From Macrostomum lignano (taxonomy: Eukaryota), in NCBI GenBank assembly GCA_002269645.1, contig NIVC01004787.1, forward strand, positions 1 through 35,023: 35,023 nt of DNA, read 5' to 3'. A program made the position numbers and the translations under genes. Under the pieces are notes generated by a model. It saw only the letters and a program-made list of their open reading frames with translations, had not been told where the DNA came from and did no database searches. Below are positions 33,701 through 35,023 of the stretch, piece by piece. Each line of letters opens with the position of its first letter. Positions within the stretch are counted from its first letter, which is position 1.

Positions 33701-34279
33701 CCCCACAAGGTATCGAATTTCAACAAAATTCAGCCTTGTTTTGCTCGAACCGGCAGACACACTTCCATAGCTTAATCTCCACCCAAACGCAAACTGGCGA
33801 TTTCTCTAGTTTCCATGGCACACGCTCCACAGCTCTCCTCCGTCTGCACTTTCACTTCAGTTCCGTAGCTATCGCCACTCTGGACTGGCCTGAGCCTGAG
33901 TGAGATGACGTGGGGAATGGGAGCCCCAGAGAGGGCCAGAGCAAACCCGATGAGCAAACAAAAATGTCATCGAATCTGTCGGCGGAGGCGGCGAGGTTCC
34001 TCCCTACCGCGGACTCGTCAGTGTTGCCGATCTGCCCTCACGGACCAACGCCCCCTCCGTTCTCTTTCAGCAGGAAGGTCGTCTAGCTTGGTTTAGAAAG
34101 CAAATCATTTGCTTTTTTTAAATTTTTTCTCCGTACTAAGGGGAATTCGTTGGTCCAAACTCGAAGACACTGATATTTGTTCCTATGTAGTTCTGCACTT
34201 CTATCATGCTTGCCATTTCTCATACAGTTATTTGGGACTCGTGGATAACATCTGATACAGTCCCCAACCTGACAGAACG

Positions 34280-34755
34280 CATCGACTCAATCTGACACAA
34301 CTTCTAGTCCGACACAACTCCAACCTGACACAACCTCCAATCTGACACAACTCCAATCTGACACAACTCCAACCTGACACAACCTCCAATCTGACACAAC
34401 CTCCAATCTGACACAACCTCCAATCGACACAACCTCCAATCTGACATGACCTCCAATTTGACACAACTCCAATCTGACACAACCTCCAATCTGACACAAC
34501 CTCCAACCTGACACACCTCCAATCTGACACAACCTCCAATCTGACACAACCTCCAATCTGACACAACCTCCAATCTGACACAACCTCCAATCTGACACAA
34601 TCCCTAATCTGACACAACCTCCAATCTGACACAATCCCTAATCTGACACAACCTCCAATCTGACACAACCTCCAATCTGACACAACCTCCAACCTGACAC
34701 AACCTCCAGCCTAACACAACCTCCAACCTGACACAATCTTCAATCTGACACAATC
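34280..34755. repeat. Minisatellite, ~17 bp unit TCTGACACAACCTCCAA
   Basis: Direct inspection; resembles the 27585-28405 unit. Confidence 0.94.
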
Positions 34756-34907
34756 TTTTCTGAAACCCGAATGAAAAGTAATAAGACCTAAGGTTCTTCC
34801 ATCAGGTACACTGCACCCTATACTCGTACAAGTTATATTTGTACTTGTTGGTCGAACGAAGCATTTTCCTAAGTACATGTACTTTAACAAAATCATTCGA
34901 TTTCCAG

Positions 34908-34994
34908 GAAACCCGCCATTCGAATTCGAACTCGGTCCCCGCAACAGTATCAGGCGATGACGAGTTCGGTTACGCCTCTGGCTGATCCGCGACA
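34908..34994 (+). CDS. MPDZ: MPDZ/PATJ exon preceding PDZ8 (ETRHSNSNSVPATVSGDDEFGYAS-x-LIRD), with an apparent 1-nt frameshift
   Basis: Acceptor atttccag| (phase 0); the DDEFGY motif matches MPDZ EDEFGYSWKNIRERYG; donor a|gtgagt at 34995. As assembled the frame hits TGA at 34983, and LIRD lies in a neighbouring frame one nucleotide out of register. Confidence 0.65.
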
Positions 34995-35023
34995 GTGAGT
35001 ACCGATTTTTAGTGTCATCAGGA

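Noticed and set aside
33995-34030. Hammerhead-like CTGACGAGTCC..GGAG-GAAC on the minus strand
   Set aside because: The stem II closing pair is G-G and the conserved GAAA is GAAC; no convincing stems I or III.

Overview
Eukaryotic (metazoan, probably invertebrate) genomic DNA. The density of short minisatellites suggests a Macrostomum-like flatworm, but that is inference only. The whole window lies inside one multi-exon + strand gene, an MPDZ/MUPP1-PATJ family multi-PDZ scaffold. I could chain 11-12 exons with consistent GT-AG sites and splice phases. They encode four PDZ domains matching human MPDZ PDZ4-PDZ7, plus the 'DEFGY' linker that precedes PDZ8. The ~8.2 kb intron that splits the first PDZ domain (9771-18014) holds an antisense gene whose ~3.9 kb CDS has no introns. 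It encodes a ~1289 aa protein: ~19 ankyrin repeats, a basic linker, and a ~300 aa C-terminal region I cannot assign to a family. About 40% of the window (~14.5 kb) is ~20 different tandem arrays with 3-33 bp units. These produce most of the low-complexity ORFs in the track. A tRNA-derived CORE-type SINE sits at ~23395-23736, and its 5' A-box segment appears to have seeded the adjacent 1.1 kb minisatellite. Other leads: inverted octamer arrays flanking two symmetric exons, a possible intronic-polyadenylation isoform, a 1-nt frameshift in the last exon, a PAM2-like micro-ORF, and an unassigned coding-like island at 31.2-32.4 kb. Exon coordinates were read by eye and repeat boundaries are approximate.
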